Shown in pieces: positions 40,969-54,690 of a DNA stretch of 64,000 nucleotides (position 1 is the first letter of the stretch; each line of letters begins with the position of its first letter). The stretch comes from Geosiphon pyriformis uo1 (taxonomy: Eukaryota; Fungi; Glomeromycota): the NCBI GenBank assembly GCA_016748015.1, contig JAAOMT010000139.1:1-64000 (forward strand). The letters run 5' to 3'. The notes below the pieces were generated by a model. It had not been told where the DNA came from and ran no database searches. It saw nothing but the letters and a program-made list of their open reading frames with translations. The position numbers and the translations under genes are program-made.

Positions 40969-41477
40969 ATCTGAGGATCTCGATTTATATAAGCAAATAA
41001 AAACCGCCAAGTATTATTTTACGTTATTTAATTAATTGTATACTACCCATTCCTTTCTGTTTACCACATATTAAGTAGAATGATCCAGATAATGAAATTT
41101 GCTTTGATGCTTCATTTTTACTTATCTCTCAAGATTTCCAAACAACTTAATTGATCTTATCACTTCAAAAGTTGGACCTCGAAGAGGGTACAATATGGTG
41201 GATATTCGGTCATCGAATTTGAGGGTTTGCCCAGCAGCAGTTCTTGTTCGATTCGAAAACTCAAAATTTTATCACTTCAAAATAATTGTTAGATTTTGCG
41301 GGGATGAAATTTAAGGGATCTAGTATGGATAATGGGAATCAGAGAAACTTTAACTTTCTCTTAAGACCAATTCTCGATTGATGAGTCTCGAATACTTGAT
41401 GCTAGACTCCGCAAAGATAAATTATGAAATCATTAAAAAGTCAGAAACTAATGGTTTAGTTGAAGTTCATACTCTGC

Positions 41478-42498
41478 CTAAAATCTTGCCTCCTCCCAAA
41501 GAGTTCGACCAGAACAAGTGCATATTTTCTTGGCATTTTCAAAAGCTCCAGCACTACGAGCAATTACACCCGCGATTAGACCTGGACCCGAATTGCCATC
41601 AATTTTACTTTGAGGATCTTTTCCATTGCCCAAATCATCCTCGCATTGAGAAATAACCATTGCTCTCCCGATTAGATCCCAGACTTTGAGACGTGTACTT
41701 TCAACCACTAAATCGCCCCACCCTTTTTCATCCACTTCAATATTACCTAAATCACCCGCATGACCACTCTCGATATTACCATGAAGACTATTATCTGGAT
41801 TATAGTGACTACCAGTGCTCTCGAAACCTTTTGATAAGTTCCCTAATTCATGAATATGAATACCATGTCGTCCTGGAGATATTCCTTCAACAGTGACATC
41901 AATTAGACAATTTTCATCATCTATCTGAATAAATCGCGCGAGCCCTTTTGGCTCACATGCTGGAACCGATGATTTAACATTTCCCTGAGAATATGTGTAG
42001 GCTTCAAATATGCAAACGGCTGCTCCAGAATGTGATTCTGAGAATCGCATTTATTTGTGATTAGCATCGTGAGCAATAATTTTATTTGTGAGAATCAAAA
42101 ATACCTCTAATATTGCCTTGACCGCGAACTATCACAATTCGACCAGTATTTTTCAGAATTTTGGATACTTTTGAAGGTGGGGCTTTTCCTTCTACAAGAA
42201 CTCGTTGCTCCCCCAATTCTATTTCAAACCTATCAATTTCTTGAAGATATGTATGAAAAGTTATGTATCAATCAATTTTGGAAGGACGTTAAGTTCATTA
42301 TTACCAGGAATGCTAGATAAGGCATTTCTAATTGATTCTACACACTCCCCGCATGTCATTTGGACTGCATATTCCGTCTGATGCAGGTGAAAAAGATCCC
42401 AAGTTGTATAAATTATTTTTTGTTCTCTACATAAAGAATGGAAATAATTGATGTTTTTATACCTTGAAAGGAGTTTTGAATTTTGATTTTGTTGCCAT
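41478..42498 (-). CDS. CCS1: Copper chaperone for Cu/Zn superoxide dismutase (4 exons)
   Basis: HMA domain TEYAVQMTCGEC, SOD-like domain lacking the fourth Cu histidine (AMVISQ), C-terminal CTC in KKICTCSGRTLWEE. Confidence 0.95.
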
Positions 42499-42686
42499 TG
42501 GTAAGGTTTAACCTTCCTACCTCCCATAAAAAACCCGCACAGTTAAATTAGAAGAATCTATGATGATGAATATTTATGCGCAGCCTCCATTTTCAGTCAA
42601 TCTTGTAGTACAATTATACTATCATTAAATAGATTATTGCGTTTAAAACACCTGCTTTACTTTTATTGGAAATTCATATCTTCACC

Positions 42687-43546
42687 ATGTCAACTAGTTG
42701 GGACAATTATGATAACCGAGTTTGTCAGTTTCCTTTACCCCACCTTCGACTAGGAGAGAAGAAACGTGACGTGGGGATATACCTTTCAGGCGGTTTGGTA
42801 TGGCGCTAGCGTTCAATCTTCCTACCTATTTGAATTTGATTTGATTTTTGATTTTTTTAAAGTTTGCCTTAGGATGGTGGTTCTTTATCGACGCAGTAGC
42901 TTATTCCTCCACAATTGAAGGAAAGGAGGTTGATATAACCTTTGCGGACTGGATCAGTGGGATCACTAGCACTTTAGGAATGATAATGTAATGTTTGTTT
43001 GAAGAATCACATTCAAAAACGCTTTAAAACTTCTCAGAACATCAATATCATCTTTTCCAATCTTTGTCATGTACCTAGTGTCAATTCGATTGACAAATCT
43101 CGTCTCACCGCAGACGATTTCACGCATTCTGGTTCTGGAGTTGCATGGAAAGCACGTTTATTCTTGTTTATTGGTTTTGCAATGATGGCTGGTGGATTAG
43201 CTGGATCTGTGGTAAGGTTCCCAAATCACATAATTTTTAAAAATTCCCAGCTTCTTAGCATTTCCTTTGTGTTTTACTAAGACACATCTTCTTTTTGGCC
43301 GCTATTTTGAAAATGCCTTATGAAAGACTGTCTTGATTCTCAAGTACATAATTCCAGATATTGAGATGCCATGTCTTTATTTTGGGATAGCAGAAGTGAT
43401 TCAGAATTCTACAATAATGCTTAGGTAAATGCAATATTGGTTCAAAATTAACCATAATTTCTTTAGGCTTACCACCTTTTTATGGCAGTTCGGTTGTTCT
43501 TTGGATTGCTGAAAACACGGAAAACAATGAGTATTATGCTCTATAG
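42687..43546 (+). CDS. VPS68: Vacuolar protein sorting 68 (UPF0220) membrane protein (5 exons)
   Basis: GIYLSGGLFALGWWFFIDA, STLGMIIVNSIDKSRL, WKARLFLFIGFAMMAGGLAGS. Confidence 0.93.
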
Positions 43547-43750
43547 CTGAAAATCTATTGGTGTGGTGTATAATTTTATTGCAAATTTCTTTCACTATAA
43601 ATTTTATTTAAAAAATTGTTTAATACATGTATTCCTGAGAAATCAATTTAAAAGCCTGAATCAACTTCAGACTTATTGTAAAAATCGATCTGGCACGTTT
43701 AATTTTCATTATATATATATATTATCCAAAATTTTACAGATACACATTCT

Positions 43751-45068
43751 TTATGTTTCTTCTTCCTCATTATCTATAACATTCATGCCATTATTTCTTT
43801 TTTTATGTTTCTTATCAAGTTCCTTTACCATTTTTAATACCACACCATCGTCATCATACACCAGCGTTCCAGCTTTCCACATACCTGTCTTTAATCCAAT
43901 CTCCTTATTCTTTACATATTCCTTTTTAATAGACTCCTCATTTCCTTTCCAATCCTTATACAGCTGCAAATTTTGTCTCCCCATAAGTCGCATAGTTTTC
44001 ACTCGTAAATCTTGAGCACTCTTTATATAGGCGCGTACATTTGACAAGGATTGTGGGTAATTTGAAAAACATAAAATTTTCTGCCAAATATTTTCTAAAG
44101 CATACAAACCCATTCTGGTAAAATCTGTTCGGAAATTTCACGGAAATGTCCAATACCGTAACTGGCAATTCCTTGAATCAATAATTTGCGTTCCTTTTCT
44201 CCCCACTTACGCTGTTGTCCATTACTAAGGATAGCTCCTTGAGTCGGTCGGAAATAGCTACAGAAGAAATTGTGGATTATTGTTAGGTTAAAATATCTTA
44301 TTATATCTTTGGTTTGAAGTGACGCTAATACCCTTGGTTCAATGTCCCATCTGCATGAATCATATTTGCCGTTATCTCAAATTCAGATCGAATACAGAAT
44401 TTTAACCGCATTCTTTTTATCCATTCCTGTTTCGTTTGATATTTATCTTTTGTTGGGGATGTTTCGGTGATTTTCTCACATAGCGAAACAGCTATGTCTA
44501 ATGATGTGTCATCGCCCTTTTGGGAGGAGGGGCTAAGGGTGTCTAATAATGATTCTTTTGAGGAAAACGAGCGTTGGATTCGGTCATCAGAAGAGCCACT
44601 GAGCATTTTAAAATCAGAATTGTCAAAGTCCGTGCTTAGTATGTCGAATTCCATTTTATCCACTTTTTCTTCTTCAAGCACTGTATGCTGCATTTGATCT
44701 AGTAAAGTGTTCAGATGCGGAAATGAAGTAATAAATGAGCAAGTTGTGGCAACATTATCTTCAAAAGGCATTCGTTGGGTGGGAGCTAGTGAGGAGCTTG
44801 GGAAAGACTGTTTAGAATTGGGAAAAGTGGAAGCCAGGGAGGCATTAGATGTTCTCTGAAGAGCAAATCCTTTTGGCAATGACGTTTCTAGAATTGGGCC
44901 AACGTATTCGTAAGCACTGCTTTCCATTTGTTAGGTATAGTAGTTAAAAATTTTTTCCGAGTTAAGAGCGTGAAGTTCTGAACTTACCTGAACGTACGCG
45001 GCTCGATGGTGACCAAACTGATTACCAATTTGGGAAACCATGCTCATTGTGCACATCTTATAATTCAT
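43751..45068 (-). CDS. AMTP2: Myb/homeodomain-like protein, probable p2 subunit of the MTA1c/AMT1 DNA 6mA methyltransferase complex (4 exons; start uncertain)
   Basis: Spliced C-terminus WIKRMRLKF..DGTLNQGYF..KWGEKERKLLIQGIASYGIGHFREI..DLRVKTMRLMG matches the motif order I recall for ciliate p2 (MR..DGxLNxxYF..W..GIxxFGxGxWxEI..LxLRT). Not confirmed by search. Confidence 0.65.
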
Positions 45069-45162
45069 AGTAACAACCTGAATATAAACGCGTATATCAA
45101 ATTCTCTAGTCTCATCGAAAAACTTCCTCATAAACGACGCGCTTCGCGGAATAGCCTTTATA
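45069..45162. promoter_or_regulatory. Very short bidirectional promoter with CGCG (MCB/SCB-like) motifs
   Basis: ACGCGT 45088-45093 and GACGCGCTTCGCGG 45136-45149. Further CGCG at ~44997 and ~45179. Confidence 0.5.
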
Positions 45163-47829
45163 ATGCCCGCAAAGCGCACGCGAACCCAAGTATAGTAGAA
45201 AATAAAGTTTTTTGTTTGATATGGACTAAATAAACCTCATATATTTACAAATTGTTGAACTGGTTTCCTTTCCAATCAAGGCAACCACAACCACGTCCAA
45301 CTCCAAGGGCACGTCGCTTACCATAAAGAAAATCATCACCAAAACCTCAAATAAATTGGCCAAAGGGAAAACAAAAGAAACAGTAAGTTTTAAAAATTCT
45401 AAACTGTAAAAATTTAACCTGATCCAAGTTGATTTCGTCTGCGATCCCTATTCTTTATTGGCACTTCAGCAAATATAACCTTAAATGTGGGCATTAAATC
45501 CTTTATTCTTCCAAATTTGAAACTTTCATAAAAATCTGATGAGACCAAATCATAAAGATTTGATTCTTTCATTTCAATAACCCTCGATTTGAATTGCCAA
45601 TTAATATATATAGCCATCTTTGCCAATATTTGAGCCCACAAGAATTGCCAATTTCTCGACCAAGTACCCAGACCAATATTGGCGATGTCATGCTGAGAGT
45701 GGTCATGGAATGTTAAACTATATAAATGAAGACTATCAGCTTGAACTAATAAATGTAGACGTCCATGATCAAGGTATATTCGACCATAATGTTAGAGTAA
45801 TAATTTGTTTGAAACGAAGTATATTAAAAAAGTTTTCTTACTACTAACAAGGTCCAATAACTGGTATGACTCTGTCGCCAGATGGTACAATGCTTGTAAC
45901 CTTTTCCAATGTGGGATCTGCCAAGATTTGGGATACCACTGATTTCCGAATGATTCAAAAGTTGAGAGATACCAAGTTTTTGGTAAATAATTAATGGGAC
46001 AAGGTTTATTCCTTTATTAACTAACGTTTTTTAACATCATATCTCTCTTCATTTTCCTTTTTGTTTACCAAGGAAACACAAATTGACGAGTTTTTTGTTG
46101 GAAGGTTCACCTTTGATCAAACTAAACTTGTGGTTGGAGGGAAATTGAAGGATCGCTTGCGTTGGTCTGCAGAAGATGATGACAACCATATTTTGCCATG
46201 TCCACTCAAGGTTTATCACATACCAAAAAGTTCTTTGTTTAATTATATTAATTCATGATTTTTGGAGTAACTTGGAAATCAATTTAGATATTTGACGTAA
46301 TAAGTGGGAAGGTTATTGCCAGACTTGAGGGTCACGCCGAAGAAGTGTTATGTATAAAAAGCATTCTGTATAAAGGCACTCCTTATTACGTCACTACTAG
46401 TCAGGATGGATACATTATTAAATGGCAGATGAAGGATGATTGGTCGTAAGTCTTGCATTTTTCAACTCTCTTATGCCTTTGGAATTTCTTCGATTTAAAA
46501 TAGTTTAATTGATTTACCAGGACATTGGTAAATTCAAAAAAAATGGAGGATGGAATAACATGTATGGCTTTTACTGTTTCATTTGTTCCAAACACTGGTA
46601 ATCGCTATTTCCTAGCAGCCACTGATGAACACATAAGATTGTTTGACTTCGAAGCCGGTCAGGTTTGTATTTCTCACCATGACTCCTGGATCATTTTGTC
46701 AAGCCAAAATTGAAAGTTTGCATTTTCTGAGATCCAAACTAAGATTGAAAACTATCGCAAAAGCTCATGCAAACTTTTTCAGATATGTACTCCCAATACT
46801 GTGATTGTGGCAAATTCATTTTTCCTGTTGAACCATTGGAAGACAATGAACCAGATATCGAAATTCCTGATCTGGAGGTAGCCAAATCTAAGTTCAAAAA
46901 GAAAAAAAACCCAGTAGCCTACTTCATTTCACGTGGGGTAGAAATCTTAGATACAGGAGAAGGAACAGTTGGTAAGATAGTTTAAAGATCTTATTGCTTT
47001 CAATATTCCAACCGCCCATCATTCCCAATTTTTCTTATCTATGAACTAATAGCATCAAGACGAAATGTTTGCATCTTGCACAAGCTTATATATCCGATGA
47101 GAAAAGGAGTACCATTTAAGCTTGAGCAAGTCAGGAAATATCAACATGAGGAGTAAGCAATTTTAAACTTGTGTTATGCTTGAGAAATTTTGCCAAGTAT
47201 TGATCCAATTATCACTTCATCATGATAGCTATCACGCCAACTCCTGGCTAATGAAAATCTCTTCTAATGGTCGATACCTGACGGCACCCACGATGACCGG
47301 TCAGGTGATGGTATTCAATCTGAGAACAGGTGAAGTCACGTCCATTTTGAGAGATCATGAAGGTAACCATCATTTTTAATTTGGTTATAAAGCAGGTTTT
47401 TCTTTAGTCAAGTTAACACATATAATATTGACTCAATAGAGGATTTAGAAGTAAGAGATGTCATATTTCATCCTTGGAAGCCTTTGCTATTCACTTGTGC
47501 TGATGGTACGCCTAATTCATTACATGTTCCAATTCAAGTTGCTGATTTATACTCTTGACTATAAACTATTATATTTTTTAATAGACGGATGTGTTAAAGT
47601 ATACACATATAAAGATATGAAGAGTACGTTTCCACAAGTAAGGGTTACCTTCAAAAAAGTTAATATCGAAAAAAATGTCTCGCATTTTGATAAAATTCAA
47701 GAGGTAAAAGTGCAGCATCTTGAAAATGCTTCAGAATTAGTTCCAATTGTCAGGATAGAGGCGACACTCAACGAAAGAGAGACTGAAGTTGATATTAGCG
47801 ATGTAGAGACTTCCTTGACTGAGCTTTAA
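45163..47829 (+). CDS. Uncharacterised WD40-repeat protein (about 12 exons)
   Basis: ITGMTLSPDGTMLVTFS..AKIWD, LEGHAEEVLCI..TSQDGYIIKW, IRLFD, VRDVIFHPWKPLLFTCADDGCVKVY, joined by GT-AG introns. Confidence 0.88.
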
Positions 47830-48199
47830 CTATAGATAATAAACCATTTTGTAACTTCTAGAAATTTACTATTCAGATGCTCGAGATGTCCTTGGTAATT
47901 ATAATATTATGCGATCCAATAACAATCTATCATATATTAAGGCGGTTGAACAACTGCAATTCGAACAATTATTGGTTAATTAAGTGTGAGGCTGAAAAAA
48001 ATGGCGTGCGTTTTGTAATGTTATGAATTATGGTGATAAGAAATATTTTCAATGATTCTAATCATTCCATCGTAAGTTCAACAAGATGCAAGAATGTAAT
48101 AAAAGTTTTTCAATTAATGCAACTGTCATTGAAATCGCTAAATATTCAATTTTGTTTACAAAAAATTGGTTTGCAATGATTTGGAATGAACAATTAAAT

Positions 48200-49350
48200 A
48201 GAACAACAAAATCTTGAAAATAATATTTCATGTTAAAAAAAGTTGTAATCAAATTAAATGTTAAAATTATAAAGAAATTAAAAATAAATACTATTATTTT
48301 AATAACTTTTAATAAAAAAAACAAATTAATGTTAATTTACAATATTTTACAAATATTTTTATTAAACTATAATATTAATAAAATTTAATTTATAAGTAAA
48401 AGTATATAACATGAAAAAAATTAATAATCAAAAATCAATTATTATTATTATTATTATTATTGTTACAATTATTATTAATGTTGTTATTATTGTTTGATTT
48501 TTTAATAAAATAGTTTTAATAATAATTAAATTATCTGGCTTTTAATTATAAAAACACTTTTTTGGTTATAAGTAAATTTATTGGCTTGGTTTTTTATATT
48601 AAAATTACTATTTTATTTATTGTTTTTACATTATTATGTTTAATAATAAACATTTTTTTAAAAAAATTCTAAATTAATTTGCTAATTAAATTTGTAATTG
48701 AACTTATTAGTTTTTTTTTTAATTATTAAGTACAAGTATTAAAAAACAGTTTTTTTTGAAAACTTAATTTAAAATTTTAATTTATATTTTATAAGTAATA
48801 ATAAAATAAATAATTTACCAAATAAAATTGCTAATAACTAATTAATAATTTTATTAAAAATAATAAAAAAACAATTAAAGCCTAAATAAATAAACATGAT
48901 CATAATAAAAAGTTGTTAAATAAGTATTTATGTAATATAAAATATGTAATTATTTTAATAAATTTAAAATAATATAGTTTTAATATTAATTCAAATAGCT
49001 AATTATATGTTATATATTTTAAGTTGTAATTGGATTATACTTGTTAATATTTAATAATAAAATTATTAAAATGCATATATAAAAAAATTATTTTATTTTC
49101 AATTTTGTTTAATTATTTATTTGCAAGTTTATAAAATAATTTTTTTTTTTAATTATCAAAGTAATGTTTTTCAATAATAATAACAAAATAAATTTTAGTA
49201 TAAAATTTGATTTAAACAATTGAATTTAAATAATAATTTACAAAATTTTTATGATAATAAATTCTTTGAATAAGTAATTATTGAACCTATATTTTACTAT
49301 TTTGGAAAAATAATTCTATCTTTAAAATCTTTGCTTTATTTATAATTTAT
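48200..49350. repeat. Small hypermutated AT-rich island of unidentified origin
   Basis: Same C/G-stripped composition as the large island. Contains (ATT)n ~48437-48462. Confidence 0.65.
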
Positions 49351-49384
49351 TTGAAAGTATGGAATCAGAACAAAAATTCCTCGT

Positions 49385-50530
49385 ATGATGCAAGAACCAA
49401 CTCTCTCAGAACTTCACGAATTGGAACTGCTAGAAACTATTCTATACGAATCACCCTCAGGTATGATTTTCTTCAAGAGGCCTACCTAAATATTCTTTCA
49501 TCTAAAAAAATAATTTTCTGCTTTTATAGGTTGGTTTTTACTTGACCATCATTTCCAACGGCTGTACCTTTCCGCTATGTACTTTGGAGACCTGTCAAAG
49601 AATAAAATTTTTTGGTTTTGCAACTCTCAGTATATAGAATTTAAGCAACGCGTGATTGAAGAACTAAATCTTGCAATAGAAAGCAACGGAAAACATCTTA
49701 GTCAACGGGTAAAGTATACAAAATTTGATTTTTTCAAGAAATTTGAAAGGTTTGAACAGACTATTTTCCTTCGAATCTCTAGGTTCGATTAACAATAAAC
49801 CCACAAGGAATTTCTACAATCACAACAACCTTGTTATCATTGCCAAATAGTAAATAACTGGTTCAAAAGATTTTTGTCTTTATTCAAATCTTTTTAAATC
49901 CTTTCTTAAAATTCTGATATTTTATAGCGGGAAGTTTCCCATTACGCGTAAAACTTGACACACAACCAACCCCATCTAGAAACCCTTTTCTTTTTCACAA
50001 AACTACTAACCGTGCAATCTATGAAGAGGCTCGTCAACGTGCCGGTACTATAAAAAAAAATGAAAATAACCCTTCTGGTCAATTTGCGAAATTCATTTCC
50101 TTACGTTTCTACTCAGGTTTAGGGAATCCCCAAAATGATATTTTTGACGTAATTTTATACAATGAACGGTTAGAAATCACCGAATGTTCAATCGCAAATA
50201 TAGCTGTGGAATTCAAGCATGATGATATTTGGAACAGCGGTGAACTATTTTGGAAAACACCAAAAATTGAATGTGGTTTATTGGCCGGTGTCATGCGATC
50301 ACATTTATTAGAAAATGAGAATTTGGTCGAAGGTGTTATCACGGTGGAAGAATTAAAAGAGGCTCAAAGAGTAAATATCAACTTTTTAACTAAATCAAAA
50401 GATCCTTTAAAAAAAAACATTCTCAAACCTGAAAGGAAAATTTTTAAATTTATTTTTATAGAATGGAAGAAAAATTAAATGTTTTAATTCAGTTCGAAAA
50501 GAATATCAAATAATCTTGGTTCATTATTAG
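49385..50530 (+). CDS. ABZ2: 4-amino-4-deoxychorismate lyase / class IV PLP aminotransferase family (6 exons)
   Basis: LELLETILYE..FLLDHHFQRL, FLFHKTTNRAIY (PLP lysine), DVILYNERLEITECSIANI, TPKIECGLLAGVMR, FNSVR. Confidence 0.8.
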
Positions 50531-50847
50531 AGGCTTTAAACATGGCGAGCTGCATGTAGGTAATCGTCTGAAATATTATTATATTGAACAATAATGTGTG
50601 ACAAATTAATCTCCTTTAGGAAAAAATGAATTTTTTTTAGTGTCACTCTTATACGTTTCCTCCAATAGCATAGAATAGCATGACATATTCCTTCCTGTCT
50701 ATTTGTTTTGCGTAACCTTAACAATGCTAAACTGCTATTAGTATATATAATTTCTGATCTTTACCAAATTATTCAAATACCAAAAAAACTTGGTTATATG
50801 CCGCGTCGTTCTTCCTTATCAAATAGACATTAATTAACCCTTTAAAT

Positions 50848-51936
50848 ATGGTCTTAAAGAAAAGTAATACACACCCAGCGACTACCACCCGTCTCGGTAA
50901 AGTCATATACTTGGTGGTCATTTGTACCCTCTTCCCCTTTTGTTTATATTTATTTTCCTGGCGTAATAAAACTCTAAAGACACCTCAATGCAATGTTTCC
51001 GCTTTGCTTTCATCTGCCTCGCATCTTTCAAACTCCTCAACCACCTTGATATACCAAAATTTTGACCAAAAACCAAATAGAAAAGAAGCAAACGTGCTCA
51101 TACTTACCCCACTTAAAGACGCAAGTCCAGTCTTGCCCACTTATTTTGAAAACATAGCAAGGTTAAGTTTTCCAAAGGAACGACTATCTTTTGGGTTCCT
51201 CGTTAGCGACTCTACCGATGATACTTTTGACGATCTTATAGGTTTCACACAACCACTGGTAAATTACCGTCGAATAACAATTCTTCAAAAAAATTTTGGC
51301 TTCATACTCTCACATGGAGACCGACATGATTTATCCAATCAAGCAGCACGACGTTCAATAATGGCACAGTCCCGTAATTATTTGCTGTTCGGTGCACTTA
51401 ATGATGAAGATTGGGTACTCTGGCTTGACGTAGATTTGAAAGAATATCCAGAAACACTCCTCGACGATCTGATAGCATTTGACACTGATGTTGTGACACC
51501 CAATGTATTCGCAAGAGAGAAGCATAATGGTGTAGATTATGTATATGATAGAAATAATTTCATTGAGACAAGAGAGTCACGTAAAGTATTAAAAGGACTT
51601 GACCCTGATGACGTATTAGTAGAAGGTACATAAAACTTCAAAGATAAAAAACTTTCAAAACAATTAAGCTTACACTTTTGTTTTTTAGGTTATGCCGATC
51701 TTCCAACATATCGTCGTTACCTTGGGGATTTAAGAAATACGAATAAGGACATTGTTAAAGTTGACGGTGTTGGTGGTGCCTGCTTGATGGTAAAAGCTAA
51801 TGTTCATCGAGAAGGTGCTCTTTTCCCTACATTCCCTATTGATCATGAGTTAGAAACTGAAGGTTTTGCTAAAATGGCAAAGAAAATGGGGAAGCAAGTG
51901 TGCGGGTTGCCAAATTATGTGGTTTATCATCCTTAA
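50848..51936 (+). CDS. GT62 Anp1/Mnn9/Van1-family Golgi mannan polymerase subunit (2 exons)
   Basis: Type II TM anchor, VLILTPLKDA, RRSIMAQSRNYLL, WVLWLDVD, DGVGG, ETEGFAKMAK. Confidence 0.93.
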
Positions 51937-52192
51937 TAAAATAATTTTTGTTAAAATCTCTGTGTCTGTTTGATTTATTCCTTATTTTCCTTGGTTCCGT
52001 ACAATATTTTGACCGTCACATTAGACTTCATTATTTTACTTCAATTACGAATTTATTTTTCATATTGAGTTTTTATAATTAGTTCCCTATTTCCCACCTT
52101 AATTATAACATCCATTCTTCAATTACTTCAACAATTTATTTTCCGCCTTTTAAGAAGAAACTCGATTATTACACAATTGTACATAATGTCCC

Positions 52193-52216
52193 TATATATA
52201 TATATATATATATATA
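52193..52216. repeat. (TA)n microsatellite
   Basis: Perfect TA run. Confidence 0.9.
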
Positions 52217-52403
52217 GTTGTGTGGTTTTGGCAAAGTCCCATCAAGAGTAATGTTGTTACAGATTTCATTGGAAACAGGATAGGATACTAAAAACAGAGC
52301 ATAGAACATTCAGTTACTACAGAATTGAAAATATTTATTCGAGTTAAATATGAGAGAAATGTGCAGGAAGGCAATAAAACCGAAAAAGATACCTTATGAC
52401 CCA

Positions 52404-54018
52404 TTAACCGAAAATGTTGTAAATTCTTTTTCTACCACTTCCCAATCCCCGGTTTCTATAACAAAAATAGTATTGCTCGAATTTCGGATGATGGTAAAGA
52501 CTTACTAATATTACAAAATCTTTCCCTAGTGACCTACCTGATTTATCCAAGGTCATCGGAGGTATTCCTTCGAAATATTTTTCAACGAAATCCTTCATTC
52601 TATAAAAATTACACAGTAGATTAGTAAAAGAAAAACAGCTTATACAAAGAGAATTGGACTATGATAAATAATACCTGTTAAAACAGATCCATCTAGTGAA
52701 CTTATTGTTCGCATTAATGTCGTAAGCCCAAGGAACAATATCATACCTGAATGCAAATATTAATTGAAAAATAGAATAAGGGATCATTATTTGATGAACA
52801 TTAATTAGCTACCATTCTGAGTTGTCCATCTCTCCGAAGTATTTATTTCGAAAAACGCGAAGTTCTTGTGAAGTCTTAATGTATTTCCGCGATCCAAGTT
52901 TCTTGTAAATTGGAAGCTTGTAGCAATTGAAACATAGACGACCTGTTGGAAAAATTTTCGGATGACTAATTCTCGTACCCTCTGGAACATGTAATTAAAT
53001 ATGAGAATAATTTACCACATCCATTACGATCTCTGGGAGGACAAGAGAAGCCATTGTTACTTGCAAAGCCACAAAGAATGCATACAAAAATCTTTTTGTT
53101 TTTTTGAAATTTAGCCAAGCTCATGAATTGTGGGATCACACATTTTCCATCAATTAATGAAGACTTTTCATGCGGCTTGAAATTCGGTTTAAGATCATAT
53201 CGAAGATGAAGCTGATTAGTGATGTATGCTCGCATGATATTTAGAGTTGCCTCATTAAATTTGTCAGAGAGAAGCCTAAGTTGACACAGCCATTGACAAG
53301 AAGTTGGGTTCGGATAGGCGCATTGCAAGATCAAAGTAACAACGTCAGCTGGCAGTTTGTTAAATCCAGTTGAATCGGAAGTCGTTCTTTCTTCGACCAT
53401 ACTAAACTCGGATTCTTGTTTTCGTGAGTTGCCTTGATTTTTTCGCCCCGAATCAACATTAGAATTCTGGTGCCAACTTGAGCCCATTCTTCGAGATCCA
53501 GAAAAAGAATTGCGCCTTGAATTGGAATTACGTCGTGATCCATTAGTGAAATATCGACGAGGAAAACCATTGAAACTATCATAATCCCAATCAACTTTAT
53601 AATATTCTTGTGAATCATTTATGTTATAATCACCAAGATCTTCTGGGCTGTGATGATGATAAGGACCTGATTTCAGTTCGTTAAAGTGGGTTTCCCAATT
53701 GTAAGGTATTAGAGCAGTATTAGGAATCCAATAGTTATTTTCTACAACAAAAAGGTCTCCACTTGGTGTGGGATAATAAGAGACTGGAGATCCATATTGA
53801 AAGTTATTAATCTGCTGTTGATAGCCTTCATAATAGTTAGTTGGCTGCCACTCGGGATACCATTGGGAGTGTTGTTCAATGTCATTTTCGTAGAAAAAAT
53901 TGGATTCTTCGCCTTTTTTACTTTTCTTTTTCTTGTAAGAGCTACGAGAAAAGGAGCGGCTACCCTTTGACGCGTGAAATGTCGAAGAATGTCGAGCAAC
54001 CTGTTGATCGTGATACAT
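52404..54018 (-). CDS. Hypothetical protein: Y/N/Q/S/R-rich N-terminus, F-box-like motif, Cys cluster (4 exons)
   Basis: GFNKLPADVVTLILQ. Spliced CILC..CPP..CGRLCFNC. Three GT-AG introns keep the frame open to the stop at 52404. Confidence 0.7.
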
Positions 54019-54690
54019 GATAGAAAATGAGTTAAAAAAATTCACTTTTGACTTTTCAGACCGACAAAAAACTCTTATAAACTTTTTTTTAATGATTGGA
54101 TAGAATTCTTTGTCCAATAATAGATGCCCATATCAATTAAGTCTTCAAATGAGTCACTTTATCATCCTGTGTGACCATGATATATAGATCGGTTTATCAA
54201 AATTGCTTAGCTGAATTGTATACTTTAAAATTATAATAGAAGTTCAGAGCGGTGATAACAATTTACATTGGATTGGGTTAGTTTGCGATTCTAGGAGCTG
54301 AATTTGAATTTCCAATATTTATTCATTTGACAGTTTAAGTCCAAAGGGAATATAAATATTGAGACAAGATCTTTATTTAGAAATGAGACCAATCAACAAA
54401 AAAAATATCACAAAAAATAATAATTTCTACAAAAAAGATAAGAATAGAAAAAGAGAGAGAGCTGTTTAAATGTTTTAGAAAAGGGCATTAAAGTGATATA
54501 CAACACTTCAGATACCCAAAAGGCTTTATTTTGAAAAAAGTTGAGTGTGCGAATATACTAAAAATCAAACTTAACCCAGCCTAGTAACTAAAACTCAAAG
54601 TATATCATTTTTCAAGGAAATCGACCCAAAATGTCCACTGTTATAAAATCATTTGTTCAACTCTTCGTCAACACCTTCAGAGTTTAAAAT

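Noticed and set aside
41478-42050. Cu/Zn SOD1
   Set aside because: Upstream MxCxxC exon, C-terminal CxC and a missing Cu ligand identify CCS1.
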